Positions 17,798-25,920 of a stretch of 64,000 nt of DNA are shown one piece after another. The notes under the pieces are model-generated. The model ran no database searches, was not told the DNA's origin, and saw only the letters and a list, made by a program, of their open reading frames with translations. Numbering within the stretch: the first letter of the stretch is position 1; the number at the start of each line of letters is the position of its first letter. Source of the stretch: Minisyncoccota bacterium (lineage in GTDB: Bacteria; Patescibacteriota; Minisyncoccia; Phycocordibacterales; UBA9973); the NCBI GenBank assembly GCA_036405895.1, contig DASWWS010000001.1, positions 244,468 to 308,467 of the forward strand, in the 5' to 3' direction. Position numbers and translations under genes: made by a program.

Positions 17798-19390
17798 ATG
17801 AAAAAGACAACAACAATTTCGCTCGCAAAAACACTCTTCCATATTGAAGAAGATGCTTATGCTATTTTGGACGCATACTTGAACTCTGTTCGCACGCACT
17901 TTGCCCCACACCCTGACCGCGAAGAAATTCTCGCCGACATTGAAAGCCGCATTGCAGAGCGCTTTTCTGAAAATGGCACTGATATTATCACCACTACACA
18001 AGTAGAGTTTGTTATTGATGCAATGGGCTCGATTTCACAGTTTGATACTGAAGAGGGTGTTGAAGGTGCGGGTATGCAGAAAGCGACCAAGCGCCTGTAC
18101 CGAGACCCTGATACTCGAGTGCTTGCAGGTGTTGCCTCAGGACTTGGGTACTATCTCGGTGTAGACCGCACGATTATCCGCGTACTCTTTGTTGTTTCTA
18201 TCTTTTTCGGAGGGTTTGGAGTAATTGCGTACTTGGTGCTCTGGATCGCAACTCCGCTTGCCAAAAGCGCTGCGCAGAAACTTGAAATGCACGGGCTTCC
18301 AGTCACCCTTAAGGCAATGAGCGAAGTAGTGCGCGAGCGCTTTGAAGAAATTGACGAGAAGCGTATTACCGACGGTGCAAAAAATCTTGGCACTGCAATT
18401 GAGCGCGGAGCAAATGAAGTAGTTGCCCTATTAGGCCCAATTTTCCGAGTAATTGCCGGAACGGTGCTCACTGTAACCGGGCTTATCGGCGCTGCCGCAA
18501 TGACTATTTTTGCCGCTCTTGCCCTCTTTGACATGCCGGAGAAATTCTTTGGACCAAGTGCGGCGGCTCTCCTTACTGGTCCGTACTACTATCTTGCAGT
18601 GCTTGCAACCTATGTCGCACTCGTCCTTCCTATAGTAATTGTCCTTCTGTGGGGCATTGGCATTCTTCGCAAGAAAAGCCTCTTCACTAGTATCAACACC
18701 ATGGTAATTGCTGCTGTAGTTTGGTTCTTTGCAATTGTTCTTGCCGGAGTTACTGTATCGCGCCTTGCATATCGTATAAATGAGGCCATGCAAAACGACC
18801 CGAGCGTTATTGCACAGACGGTAGTGCTTCCTGTTGAAGCTTTTGGATCATTGAGTGTGTCTGATGCAAAACGTGTGAACATTGTCATTGGCGACGAATA
18901 CAAAGTTGAAATGAATGGCTCTCATGCGGGTATTGATCGGACTTCAGCTGCTGTAATAGACGGTGTACTGACAATATCCGGCAATGATGTAGCCCCTGTG
19001 TGCATGTTCTGTCCTCACGCACCGCTTTCTATCACTGTTACAGTGCCGACTCTCGCTGCGATTACTCTTCATGATGCAGCGCGTGTAGAGGGATCGCTCA
19101 ATGCAAGCAATCTTATTGTTGTCATGACGGACGCAAGCCGTTTGACTCTTTCAGGGAGCGCAACAACAGTAGAAGTTACCGCAAGCGATGCTTCGCGATT
19201 TGACGGAGCAACCTTCCCTGTCAAAAGCGCCCGCATTATTTCCCGCGACGCTGCACGTGTGATGATTAGCGCAGACACTATTTTGGTGGTGGACGCGTAC
19301 GGTGCCAGCCGTGTGACCTATGCGCACTCTCCTGAATTGAGTGTCAAAAAGTCCGACGATGCAAAAGTAGTGCCAGCCGGAGAAGAGTAG
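17798..19390 (+). CDS. PspC-domain membrane protein with C-terminal DUF2807/GIN beta-helix
   Basis: IEEDAY..L..YL, DIESRIAE, RLYRDPDTRVLAGVASGLGYYLGVD (PspC), several TMs, repeated DASR turns. Confidence 0.88.
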   Translation: MKKTTTISLAKTLFHIEEDAYAILDAYLNSVRTHFAPHPDREEILADIESRIAERFSENGTDIITTTQVEFVIDAMGSISQFDTEEGVEGAGMQKATKRLYRDPDTRVLAGVASGLGYYLGVDRTIIRVLFVVSIFFGGFGVIAYLVLWIATPLAKSAAQKLEMHGLPVTLKAMSEVVRERFEEIDEKRITDGAKNLGTAIERGANEVVALLGPIFRVIAGTVLTVTGLIGAAAMTIFAALALFDMPEKFFGPSAAALLTGPYYYLAVLATYVALVLPIVIVLLWGIGILRKKSLFTSINTMVIAAVVWFFAIVLAGVTVSRLAYRINEAMQNDPSVIAQTVVLPVEAFGSLSVSDAKRVNIVIGDEYKVEMNGSHAGIDRTSAAVIDGVLTISGNDVAPVCMFCPHAPLSITVTVPTLAAITLHDAARVEGSLNASNLIVVMTDASRLTLSGSATTVEVTASDASRFDGATFPVKSARIISRDAARVMISADTILVVDAYGASRVTYAHSPELSVKKSDDAKVVPAGEE

Positions 19391-19447
19391 TCTATACTTA
19401 TTATAGGCTCTCGGGCCTCCTTACTAGATTATTTCCCCAAAACGCAT

Positions 19448-19654
19448 ATGCTACGATGGAGTGTTATTTTCCTTATCATTGCCCTCATTGCCGCTCTCTT
19501 CGGATTCGGTAACGTGGCAGGTGTTGCGATTGAAATCGCTAAAATCATTTTCTTTGTGTTCTTGGTATTGTTCGTTATCACGCTTGTTGCTGGAGGTCTC
19601 TTCGTCAAGAAGGTGAAGAACACCATCGACGACACATTCTCTGCGAACAAATAA
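19448..19654 (+). CDS. DUF1328 small membrane protein
   Basis: MLRWSVIFLIIALIAALFGFGNVAGVAIEIAKIIFFVF. Confidence 0.9.
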   Translation: MLRWSVIFLIIALIAALFGFGNVAGVAIEIAKIIFFVFLVLFVITLVAGGLFVKKVKNTIDDTFSANK

Positions 19655-19670
19655 GTTCTCTCTATCTGAA

Positions 19671-19704
19671 AAACAAAAAACTGCCCATGGGCAGTTTTTT
19701 GTTT
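19671..19704. terminator. Bidirectional terminator (perfect 34-bp palindrome)
   Basis: aaacaaaaaactgccc-at-gggcagttttttgttt between convergent genes. Confidence 0.85.
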
Positions 19705-19715
19705 CATCAGGTCTA

Positions 19716-20279
19716 TTAGTATTTTCGCATCACTCCGCGGACGATTGCCACAATCTCAAGGCTCTCTGTCGGATAGATGTTTTTAAATGCCTTGTTGGCT
19801 GGTTCGAGCCATACTTTCTCGCCTTTCTGTTTAAAATATTTCATAGTGAACTCGCCATCGACATTTGCAATCACAATGTCGCCGTCTTTTGCGCGGTTCG
19901 TACGCTCGGCTATTACCATGTCTCCGTCTGCAATGTGCGCCTCAATCATAGAGTCTCCGTCCACTTCCAACAAATAGGTGCTCTCGCGCTTGCGCACCAT
20001 GTAGTCTTCGATATTGAGCGTGTCGGTGAGCATCTCGCCGGGTGCCGGCAAGCCCGCTTTCACTAAGCCCGCCATCGGAAGTTCGTCAAAGCTTGCACTT
20101 GGAATAAGGTGCCCGAGCTTGTCTTTCATTACTATCCCCGCTGCGATCATTTTTGTTACAACGCGCGATACTGCATTTTTGGATTTAAAGCCAAAGAGCG
20201 CCATCATTTCCGTATAAGACGGCATGCGGCGTTTATTTTGATAGAACTGTATTACTTTGGCTTGGTAGTCTCCTTCCAT
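19716..20279 (-). CDS. lexA: LexA-family repressor (S24 autopeptidase)
   Basis: N-terminal wHTH RRMPSYTEM..FGFKSKNAV; Ala-Gly site VKAGLP; catalytic GDSM and TMK; start MEGDY at 20279. Confidence 0.88.
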   Translation of the reverse strand: MEGDYQAKVIQFYQNKRRMPSYTEMMALFGFKSKNAVSRVVTKMIAAGIVMKDKLGHLIPSASFDELPMAGLVKAGLPAPGEMLTDTLNIEDYMVRKRESTYLLEVDGDSMIEAHIADGDMVIAERTNRAKDGDIVIANVDGEFTMKYFKQKGEKVWLEPANKAFKNIYPTESLEIVAIVRGVMRKY

Positions 20280-20280
20280 A

Positions 20281-20481
20281 CTAGTAGTTTCCGAAAACGC
20301 GAGCAAGGATTCCTTTGCGTGCTCGTGCTCTCATCGCTATACGTCTCATTGTATAACTATTGGATAGCGTAGGAAAGCCAGCAAGTACTGTGTGGGGTGC
20401 AACACGCGGTGCGCTGACTACGCTTCGCAGGCGCTCTATCTCTGAACTCACGAGCTGTTTGAATGGAGTGATTGTTCTCAT
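20281..20481 (-). CDS. Small basic hypothetical protein, second gene of lexA operon
   Basis: 66 aa, ends 1 nt before the lexA ATG. Confidence 0.65.
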   Translation of the reverse strand: MRTITPFKQLVSSEIERLRSVVSAPRVAPHTVLAGFPTLSNSYTMRRIAMRARARKGILARVFGNY

Positions 20482-20493
20482 GGCAATAATTAA

Positions 20494-20682
20494 TTAGTTG
20501 AATGCGAGTAATAGTCGACTAAAAATTGAAGCACTGCTCTGGCGGCGGATTTGTGAAAGGAGCTGTTTGTGCTTTCGGGATTCTTCGGCGTATTTTTGTC
20601 CGCGAAGAATCTTTGCGTCGATTCGCTCGTTGAGACGAGCAAGTTCAAGTTCGATTGCTTTGGTGTATTGTGTGCGAGTCAT
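20494..20682 (-). CDS. Small helical hypothetical protein, first gene of lexA operon
   Basis: 62 aa, ELARLNERIDAKILRG.KY..ESRKHK.LL; directly downstream of the operator-containing promoter. Confidence 0.7.
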   Translation of the reverse strand: MTRTQYTKAIELELARLNERIDAKILRGQKYAEESRKHKQLLSQIRRQSSASIFSRLLLAFN

Positions 20683-20727
20683 ATACTTCTTTTATCAGTC
20701 GTTATTACTAATGGCGACCTCAAAATA

Positions 20728-20756
20728 AGTATAGGTGAACGAACGTTCACATGCAA
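20728..20756 (-). promoter_or_regulatory. Promoter TTGCAT-17-TATACT with LexA-type operator GTGAAC-N4-GTTCAC (20735-20750) in its spacer
   Basis: Minus strand reads TTGCAT gtgaacgttcgttcacc TATACT; GAAC-N4-GTTC is the established Firmicutes/Actinobacteria SOS-box core. Confidence 0.8.
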
Positions 20757-20809
20757 GTGGATTACTCTACTATTTTATAACAGAACATGTTTAAAAGTTC
20801 GTGTCGAGA

Positions 20810-21088
20810 TTAGTAGTTGTAATACGTTGTCGTTGTTGTATTTTGCGGAGTGCTTGTAGTCGTGTAGCTAGAAGAGCTGTCAGAAGAATAGTAGCTCTGG
20901 CTTCGAGAGCTTGATACAGGAGAGATACCGCGCACTACAGTGCCTGCGCTTGCAGGAGCTGTAGTGGTGTACCAGCGGTTAGTAACAACGCCGCGGGTCG
21001 CAACGCGCGGTGAAAAATACACAATAACTGCAAGGATTGCGATGATAAGAAAGAGTGCGAGTAGTGTTCGGTCGGTAGATTCAGTCAT
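20810..21088 (-). CDS. Single-pass membrane protein with Ser/Thr/Tyr-rich low-complexity tail
   Basis: N-terminal hydrophobic helix; tail SSSRSQSYYSSDSSSSYTTTSTPQNTTTTTYYNY. Confidence 0.7.
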   Translation of the reverse strand: MTESTDRTLLALFLIIAILAVIVYFSPRVATRGVVTNRWYTTTAPASAGTVVRGISPVSSSRSQSYYSSDSSSSYTTTSTPQNTTTTTYYNY

Positions 21089-21405
21089 AAGAATATATGT
21101 GAATTAAGTTCTTATAATATGGAGCCCTTTAATAACCTGACGAGTCAGAATGCATAAGGGTTACACTGGTTCATATTATGCCATATTTTCATATAAAAAG
21201 CAATTAATAGCGAGTTAAATTAATTATGAAGGCGTTTTATTCTCGTCAGCTCACCTATTTTGAATATGACTCTTTATAGTTAGTTTTGGAACCGTCCATT
21301 TAAAGAATTACATAGTTGGAAAAACTCTAGCTTTAATTAATTCAATTACTGAGCAATAAATTGTTTCACATTTTTTATTTAAGAATAGTTTTAAAAGATG
21401 GATAA

Positions 21406-22263
21406 TTATTTTCTATATCGATTTAACAAGTATAAAATTTTATTTAATTCAAGCCAAAGATATACATATTCCTTTTCGGTGAAAATTTTAGGTTGCCCCT
21501 CTTGTTCGTGATGAATATTTTTAATTACATAATCAACAAGATTTTCAAATTCTGTATTGTTTCCATCAAATAATATATTCGATAATTCTCTTTTATTGTG
21601 CAGTCTCGGAAAAGTACCATCTCCTTTTTTATAATTATTTTGTAAAGTATTTTCAACTACTTTTTTGAGGTTACCTAGAGATTCATTGTAAAATAGTTTA
21701 TTATTTTTAGTTTTCTCTTTCTTATATAATAGAAAATCTGATACACATTTTTCATATCGTATTTTGTTATCTCCTCCTAGATCATCTCTATTAGAATTAA
21801 CAAGCTCAATACTTGCTTTATCAAGTTTTCTTTTAAACACGTGAGCTTTTTTGTCATAATAAAAATCAATATTGAAGACACTTGAATTTTCAGATTCTAT
21901 TACTAAATCAGTTAATTTAATAACCATAGTCTTCAAGTTGCTTCGTAAATCAAAAGGTACTTGATCGAAATTCCAAACTTCTTTTTTAAGATAAAGTATT
22001 ATATTAGGTAGTAGTTCATTAAAAAATGATAAAAAAATATCTTGTTCTCCACTTAGATACCCTTTCTTTAAATAATCCATTATGGTATGACCACTTCTTC
22101 TTTCGGGGCTATATCTATACTGTGAATTAATATCATCTGTAAGAAGATATGGTAATACTTCAGTTCTTTCGGCACTATCAAGCAGTTCACACGTAACCTC
22201 AAAAAAATTTTGATAGCCGTGTGCAAATTGCTCTAAATTGAGTTTTGGAAATTTATCATCCAT
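21406..22263 (-). CDS. Hypothetical low-GC protein, possibly AbiJ/Abi_C-like
   Basis: 285-aa ORF in a very AT-rich segment; helical C-terminus with NLKKVVE and NIHHEQ (family call is weak). Confidence 0.7.
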   Translation of the reverse strand: MDDKFPKLNLEQFAHGYQNFFEVTCELLDSAERTEVLPYLLTDDINSQYRYSPERRSGHTIMDYLKKGYLSGEQDIFLSFFNELLPNIILYLKKEVWNFDQVPFDLRSNLKTMVIKLTDLVIESENSSVFNIDFYYDKKAHVFKRKLDKASIELVNSNRDDLGGDNKIRYEKCVSDFLLYKKEKTKNNKLFYNESLGNLKKVVENTLQNNYKKGDGTFPRLHNKRELSNILFDGNNTEFENLVDYVIKNIHHEQEGQPKIFTEKEYVYLWLELNKILYLLNRYRK

Positions 22264-22297
22264 ACAGATATTTTAGCAAAAGTGATAAATTACACCT

Positions 22298-22771
22298 CTA
22301 TTGATCTTGTTGGTAAACCCACTCATTTAGAATATTTGCGATATTTTCTATTTCTTTTTGAACCCACAATATACAAGCTTCTTTAATATTTGAACAATTC
22401 AATGTCCTCATGGAGTTTGATATTTCTTTTTCGGTTTCATCTGTGAGATACCATAGAGGATTATAGATATTCACCTCGATGATTTTCTCAACAATCTTTT
22501 CTTGGATAAACTTTTTATCTGCTTCATACCCATAATATTCATATAAATTAAACACTAATTGAGCTGCGTGTGCCCATAAATCCTTACTTTGCTCACCACG
22601 AAGCCCAAGAATCATCTCGAGTTCATTTCCAGGAGTAGTCTCTATTTTGTGTGTTTTGAAAAGTTTTATAAGACTTCCCGATGGATTTTTAAATAAGGTA
22701 TAACCTTCTTTACTATTCTGATATGCATCTCTGAATTGGTTAATCCTATTTGTTTTATCTAGTGTAGACAT
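22298..22771 (-). CDS. Hypothetical low-GC protein
   Basis: 157-aa ORF, 34 nt upstream of the 285-aa gene, same strand. Confidence 0.7.
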   Translation of the reverse strand: MSTLDKTNRINQFRDAYQNSKEGYTLFKNPSGSLIKLFKTHKIETTPGNELEMILGLRGEQSKDLWAHAAQLVFNLYEYYGYEADKKFIQEKIVEKIIEVNIYNPLWYLTDETEKEISNSMRTLNCSNIKEACILWVQKEIENIANILNEWVYQQDQ

Positions 22772-22931
22772 GATTCATATTATAACACAAACTTGATATT
22801 AAAATAGATGAAATATCTATCTCTTTTAAAAACAAAAAGAGGGTTTTACAGGAAAAAGCATTGAAAGAGCGTGCGCACATGTATCAATTTTTGTCAGCAT
22901 ATTAGGAATGCGCTATGATAGAGCTATTCCT

Positions 22932-23783
22932 ATGAAATCGTTCCTTCGTCTCATCAAGCGTGCCTCCCGCCACTACGGCAAACACAATGCGTCACGCATG
23001 GGGGCGGCACTGTCGTATTACGCTATTTTTTCAATTGCACCGTTAACTATCCTTATCATTGCATTGGTAGGCTCTATTTTCGGAACTACGCTTGCCGAGA
23101 GCAGTGTTGTAACGCAACTTGACCGAGTGATTGGAAGCGGGGCCGGAGATTTTATCGGCGCAATCATTAAAAGCACAACACGGCACTCTTTAGGGACTAT
23201 CGGCACAATCGTAAGCATTGCCACCATTTTATTCGGCTCAATCAGCGTGCTCTCTGTTCTCGATACATCGCTTGATGAACTCTGGGAGACAAAAACTGAA
23301 AAAGAAGTCGAACCCCGTCCCTTCTTTGCCAAAATATGGAGCGCTGTCCAGCGAAAGTTTCCCGCATTTTCCCTGATTCCCATTATGGCTCTCCTCTTTT
23401 TGTTCTTTATTGCAATCAGCGTTTTCCTCTCTTTGTACCAAGAAAATTTTGGTGGTGTTCCGGGCTTTGCCATCATGGCAAATTTGATTGAACCAGTTGC
23501 ACTCTTTTTATTTGGTACTGCATTTTTTGCCTTCATCTACCGCATCTTGCCCGACAGTACGCTTCCTACACGAGCTATTCTTCTGGGCGCCATTGTTACT
23601 TCAGCACTCTTTTTGCTTGGTCGTATAATCATCGGTCTTTATATTGCGCATTTTGCTAACACTACCCTCTACGGAGCCGCAGCATCGCTTGTAGCGCTGT
23701 TGATTTGGATATACTACTCAGCCCAAGTATTTTTTTACGGCGCGTCTCTGACATACGTTTATGCGAAGAATCTCCAGAAATAA
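22932..23783 (+). CDS. YihY/BrkB family membrane protein
   Basis: MGAALSYYAIFSIAPL, YGAAASLVALLIWIYYSAQVFFYGA. Confidence 0.92.
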   Translation: MKSFLRLIKRASRHYGKHNASRMGAALSYYAIFSIAPLTILIIALVGSIFGTTLAESSVVTQLDRVIGSGAGDFIGAIIKSTTRHSLGTIGTIVSIATILFGSISVLSVLDTSLDELWETKTEKEVEPRPFFAKIWSAVQRKFPAFSLIPIMALLFLFFIAISVFLSLYQENFGGVPGFAIMANLIEPVALFLFGTAFFAFIYRILPDSTLPTRAILLGAIVTSALFLLGRIIIGLYIAHFANTTLYGAAASLVALLIWIYYSAQVFFYGASLTYVYAKNLQK

Positions 23784-23786
23784 GAA

Positions 23787-23825
23787 AATATAAAAACTCC
23801 CGCAGAGCGCGGGAGTTTTTATATT
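23787..23825. terminator. Bidirectional terminator
   Basis: aatataaaaactcccgc-agagc-gcgggagtttttatatt. Confidence 0.85.
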
Positions 23826-23831
23826 GAAGTA

Positions 23832-24158
23832 TTAGTTACCAGGGCAGGCAGCGAATTCGCAGCGAGGTCCTTGGCGTCCGACATAGGTTCCGTCAGGACA
23901 CTGTTTTGCTTCCATCGTGCAGGCAGTGAATCCGCCTTTTCCGTCCACTGATACGTCAGGCGCTGGCTGTGGGCGGGGTTCGGGAGTTGGATTCATGTCG
24001 TTGCTCCAATCATTACTGTCATCGTTAAAATCTCGGTCCATTTGGCTTGGTGTATTGTCTTCCACAACAGGCTTTTTCATTTGCATAGAGCCATACGCAA
24101 TAAGCCCGAATAAAATAACAATGCTGGCAACGGTAAGGATAATCGTGTTTTTATTCAT
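23832..24158 (-). CDS. Membrane-anchored protein with CTxEAKxCPDG...CEFAxCP disulfide mini-domain
   Basis: N-terminal TM, Pro/Asp linker, ACTMEAKQCPDGTYVGRQGPRCEFAACP, a motif common in CPR surface proteins. Confidence 0.8.
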   Translation of the reverse strand: MNKNTIILTVASIVILFGLIAYGSMQMKKPVVEDNTPSQMDRDFNDDSNDWSNDMNPTPEPRPQPAPDVSVDGKGGFTACTMEAKQCPDGTYVGRQGPRCEFAACPGN

Positions 24159-24174
24159 AAGTTTCAGTATATCA

Positions 24175-25920
24175 CTAACTCGTGCGCTTGTTGCCCATAA
24201 TCATCGTTACTGCATGGTCAAGAGACCCGGCTGGAGTAATAGTGCCGCCATTGACGAAGAATATCTCGTCGGCGCGCTCAATGGTGTTGAGTCGGTGCGC
24301 GATGATGACAAGCGTCGTTTCTTTTGGCAGTTTCTTGAGGATATCTTCGAGGAGCTGCTCGGTGACCGTGTCGATGTTTGCGGTGGCTTCGTCGAGAATG
24401 AGAAGTTTAGGGTGGCGCACCACTGCGCGCATAAAGGCGATTACTTGACGCTGCCCTAAGCTAATTGTCTCCCCTCCTCCGCCGACAACCGTATCAAGGC
24501 CGTTTTCAAATTTGCTGACAAGTTCGGTAAGTCCGAATTCTTTTACCAGTGCTTCAGCTTTCTCCTTTTCATACGTATCGCTTTGTCCGTAGAGAATATT
24601 TTCACCCACAGTGCCCGCAAACAAAAACGGTTCTTGCAGCAACATGCCAATATGCTGCGTGCGCTCGTGCGGTGTGTAGCTTCTAATATCTTTTCCTTCA
24701 AGCAGTATTGTCCCGGTTGTTGGATCAAAAAGGCGCGACATCAAAGACGCCGTAGTGGTTTTTCCGCCGCCTGTCGGACCAACCAGCGCATAAATTTTTC
24801 CAGGTTGAAGGGCAAATGAAATATCGTGGAGTACTTGCTTGCCTTCAGGATAACTAAAAGAAACATTGTTAAATTCCAGGAGTGAACCCGCAGCATTTGC
24901 AGACTCGTCCGGCACCATTACCAAGTCGCTTTCAAGCATAAGAATTGCATTGACGCGATCCCATCCTGCGAGCGCAATTTGAAATGACGCCCAAATTGCC
25001 GCAAGCTGTCTCAGTGGATTGTAAAACTGTATGACGTACGCAAGAAAGCTCACCAGTACACCGATAGTGATCGCGCCGGTGGTGATGAGATAGATCCCAT
25101 AGCCCAACACGGCAAGCTGCGCTATGTGGGCAAACAGCCCGTAGAGCGGGGTAAAGAGGTTGTTGGCGATCCCGGAATCCACCGCCGTAGCGAAATTTGT
25201 TTCGTTTGCCGCGGCAAAGTTGCTGCGCAAATAATCGCGCCGATTGAATGCAACCGTTACCTTAAAGTTATCGAGCCCTTGCTGCACTTCGGCGCTGAGG
25301 CTTCCGGACTGCTTCAGCGTTGCAACATTTTTTCGCTTGATCCATGGCGATACGGCGCGCGTAATGATAAAAAGAATCACCGCCGGAAGAATTGCCGCGA
25401 GAGCCAAGCGCCAATTCATAATGAAAATAAAAACAATCGTACCAAGCATCAATACTACGCTGCTGACAAGCTGTATCAGGGATTGAGAGAAAAAGTTGTT
25501 GAGCTTTGTCGTATCGTTGTTGATTCGGGAAATCAGGTCGCCTGACTTGTTTTGATTAAAGAATGCAACCGGCAGTTCTTGAAGCTTTGTAAAAATCGCA
25601 TTTCGAAGCGTATAGAGCATGCGCTGCGCAACACCGCCCATGATGGATGTTTGAAAATAGCCAGTAATGAATGTTCCCACGAATAATACCAAGAGTATGC
25701 CGGCGATGCCGATAAGCCCCGAATATTCTTTGGGAACAATATAGCGGTCGATCGCAATACCCATTACAAACGGCACAAGAAGGATAAGCGCCGAATTAAG
25801 GATGATTGCAGTAGTCGAAAGCACGAGCTGCTTTTTTTCATGCGCAACAAGACGGTAGAGCGTTTTGAGCGCTTTAGCGGTGGTAGTTTTTTGCGTATCG
25901 GTATTAAGTGTGTAATTCAT
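24175..25920 (-). CDS. ABC exporter subunit B (TMD+NBD), heterodimer partner
   Basis: GPTGGGKTT, ISLGQRQ, LILDEATANID, IAHRL. Confidence 0.92.
   Translation of the reverse strand: MNYTLNTDTQKTTTAKALKTLYRLVAHEKKQLVLSTTAIILNSALILLVPFVMGIAIDRYIVPKEYSGLIGIAGILLVLFVGTFITGYFQTSIMGGVAQRMLYTLRNAIFTKLQELPVAFFNQNKSGDLISRINNDTTKLNNFFSQSLIQLVSSVVLMLGTIVFIFIMNWRLALAAILPAVILFIITRAVSPWIKRKNVATLKQSGSLSAEVQQGLDNFKVTVAFNRRDYLRSNFAAANETNFATAVDSGIANNLFTPLYGLFAHIAQLAVLGYGIYLITTGAITIGVLVSFLAYVIQFYNPLRQLAAIWASFQIALAGWDRVNAILMLESDLVMVPDESANAAGSLLEFNNVSFSYPEGKQVLHDISFALQPGKIYALVGPTGGGKTTTASLMSRLFDPTTGTILLEGKDIRSYTPHERTQHIGMLLQEPFLFAGTVGENILYGQSDTYEKEKAEALVKEFGLTELVSKFENGLDTVVGGGGETISLGQRQVIAFMRAVVRHPKLLILDEATANIDTVTEQLLEDILKKLPKETTLVIIAHRLNTIERADEIFFVNGGTITPAGSLDHAVTMIMGNKRTS

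Noticed and set aside
19671-19704. Perfect 34-bp palindrome as a possible mobile-element end
   Set aside because: Its position between convergent genes and its A/T tracts are fully explained by a bidirectional terminator.
21137-21250. Inverted ctgacgag copies resembling a hammerhead CUGANGA core
   Set aside because: No matching GAAA segment or stems found on either strand.
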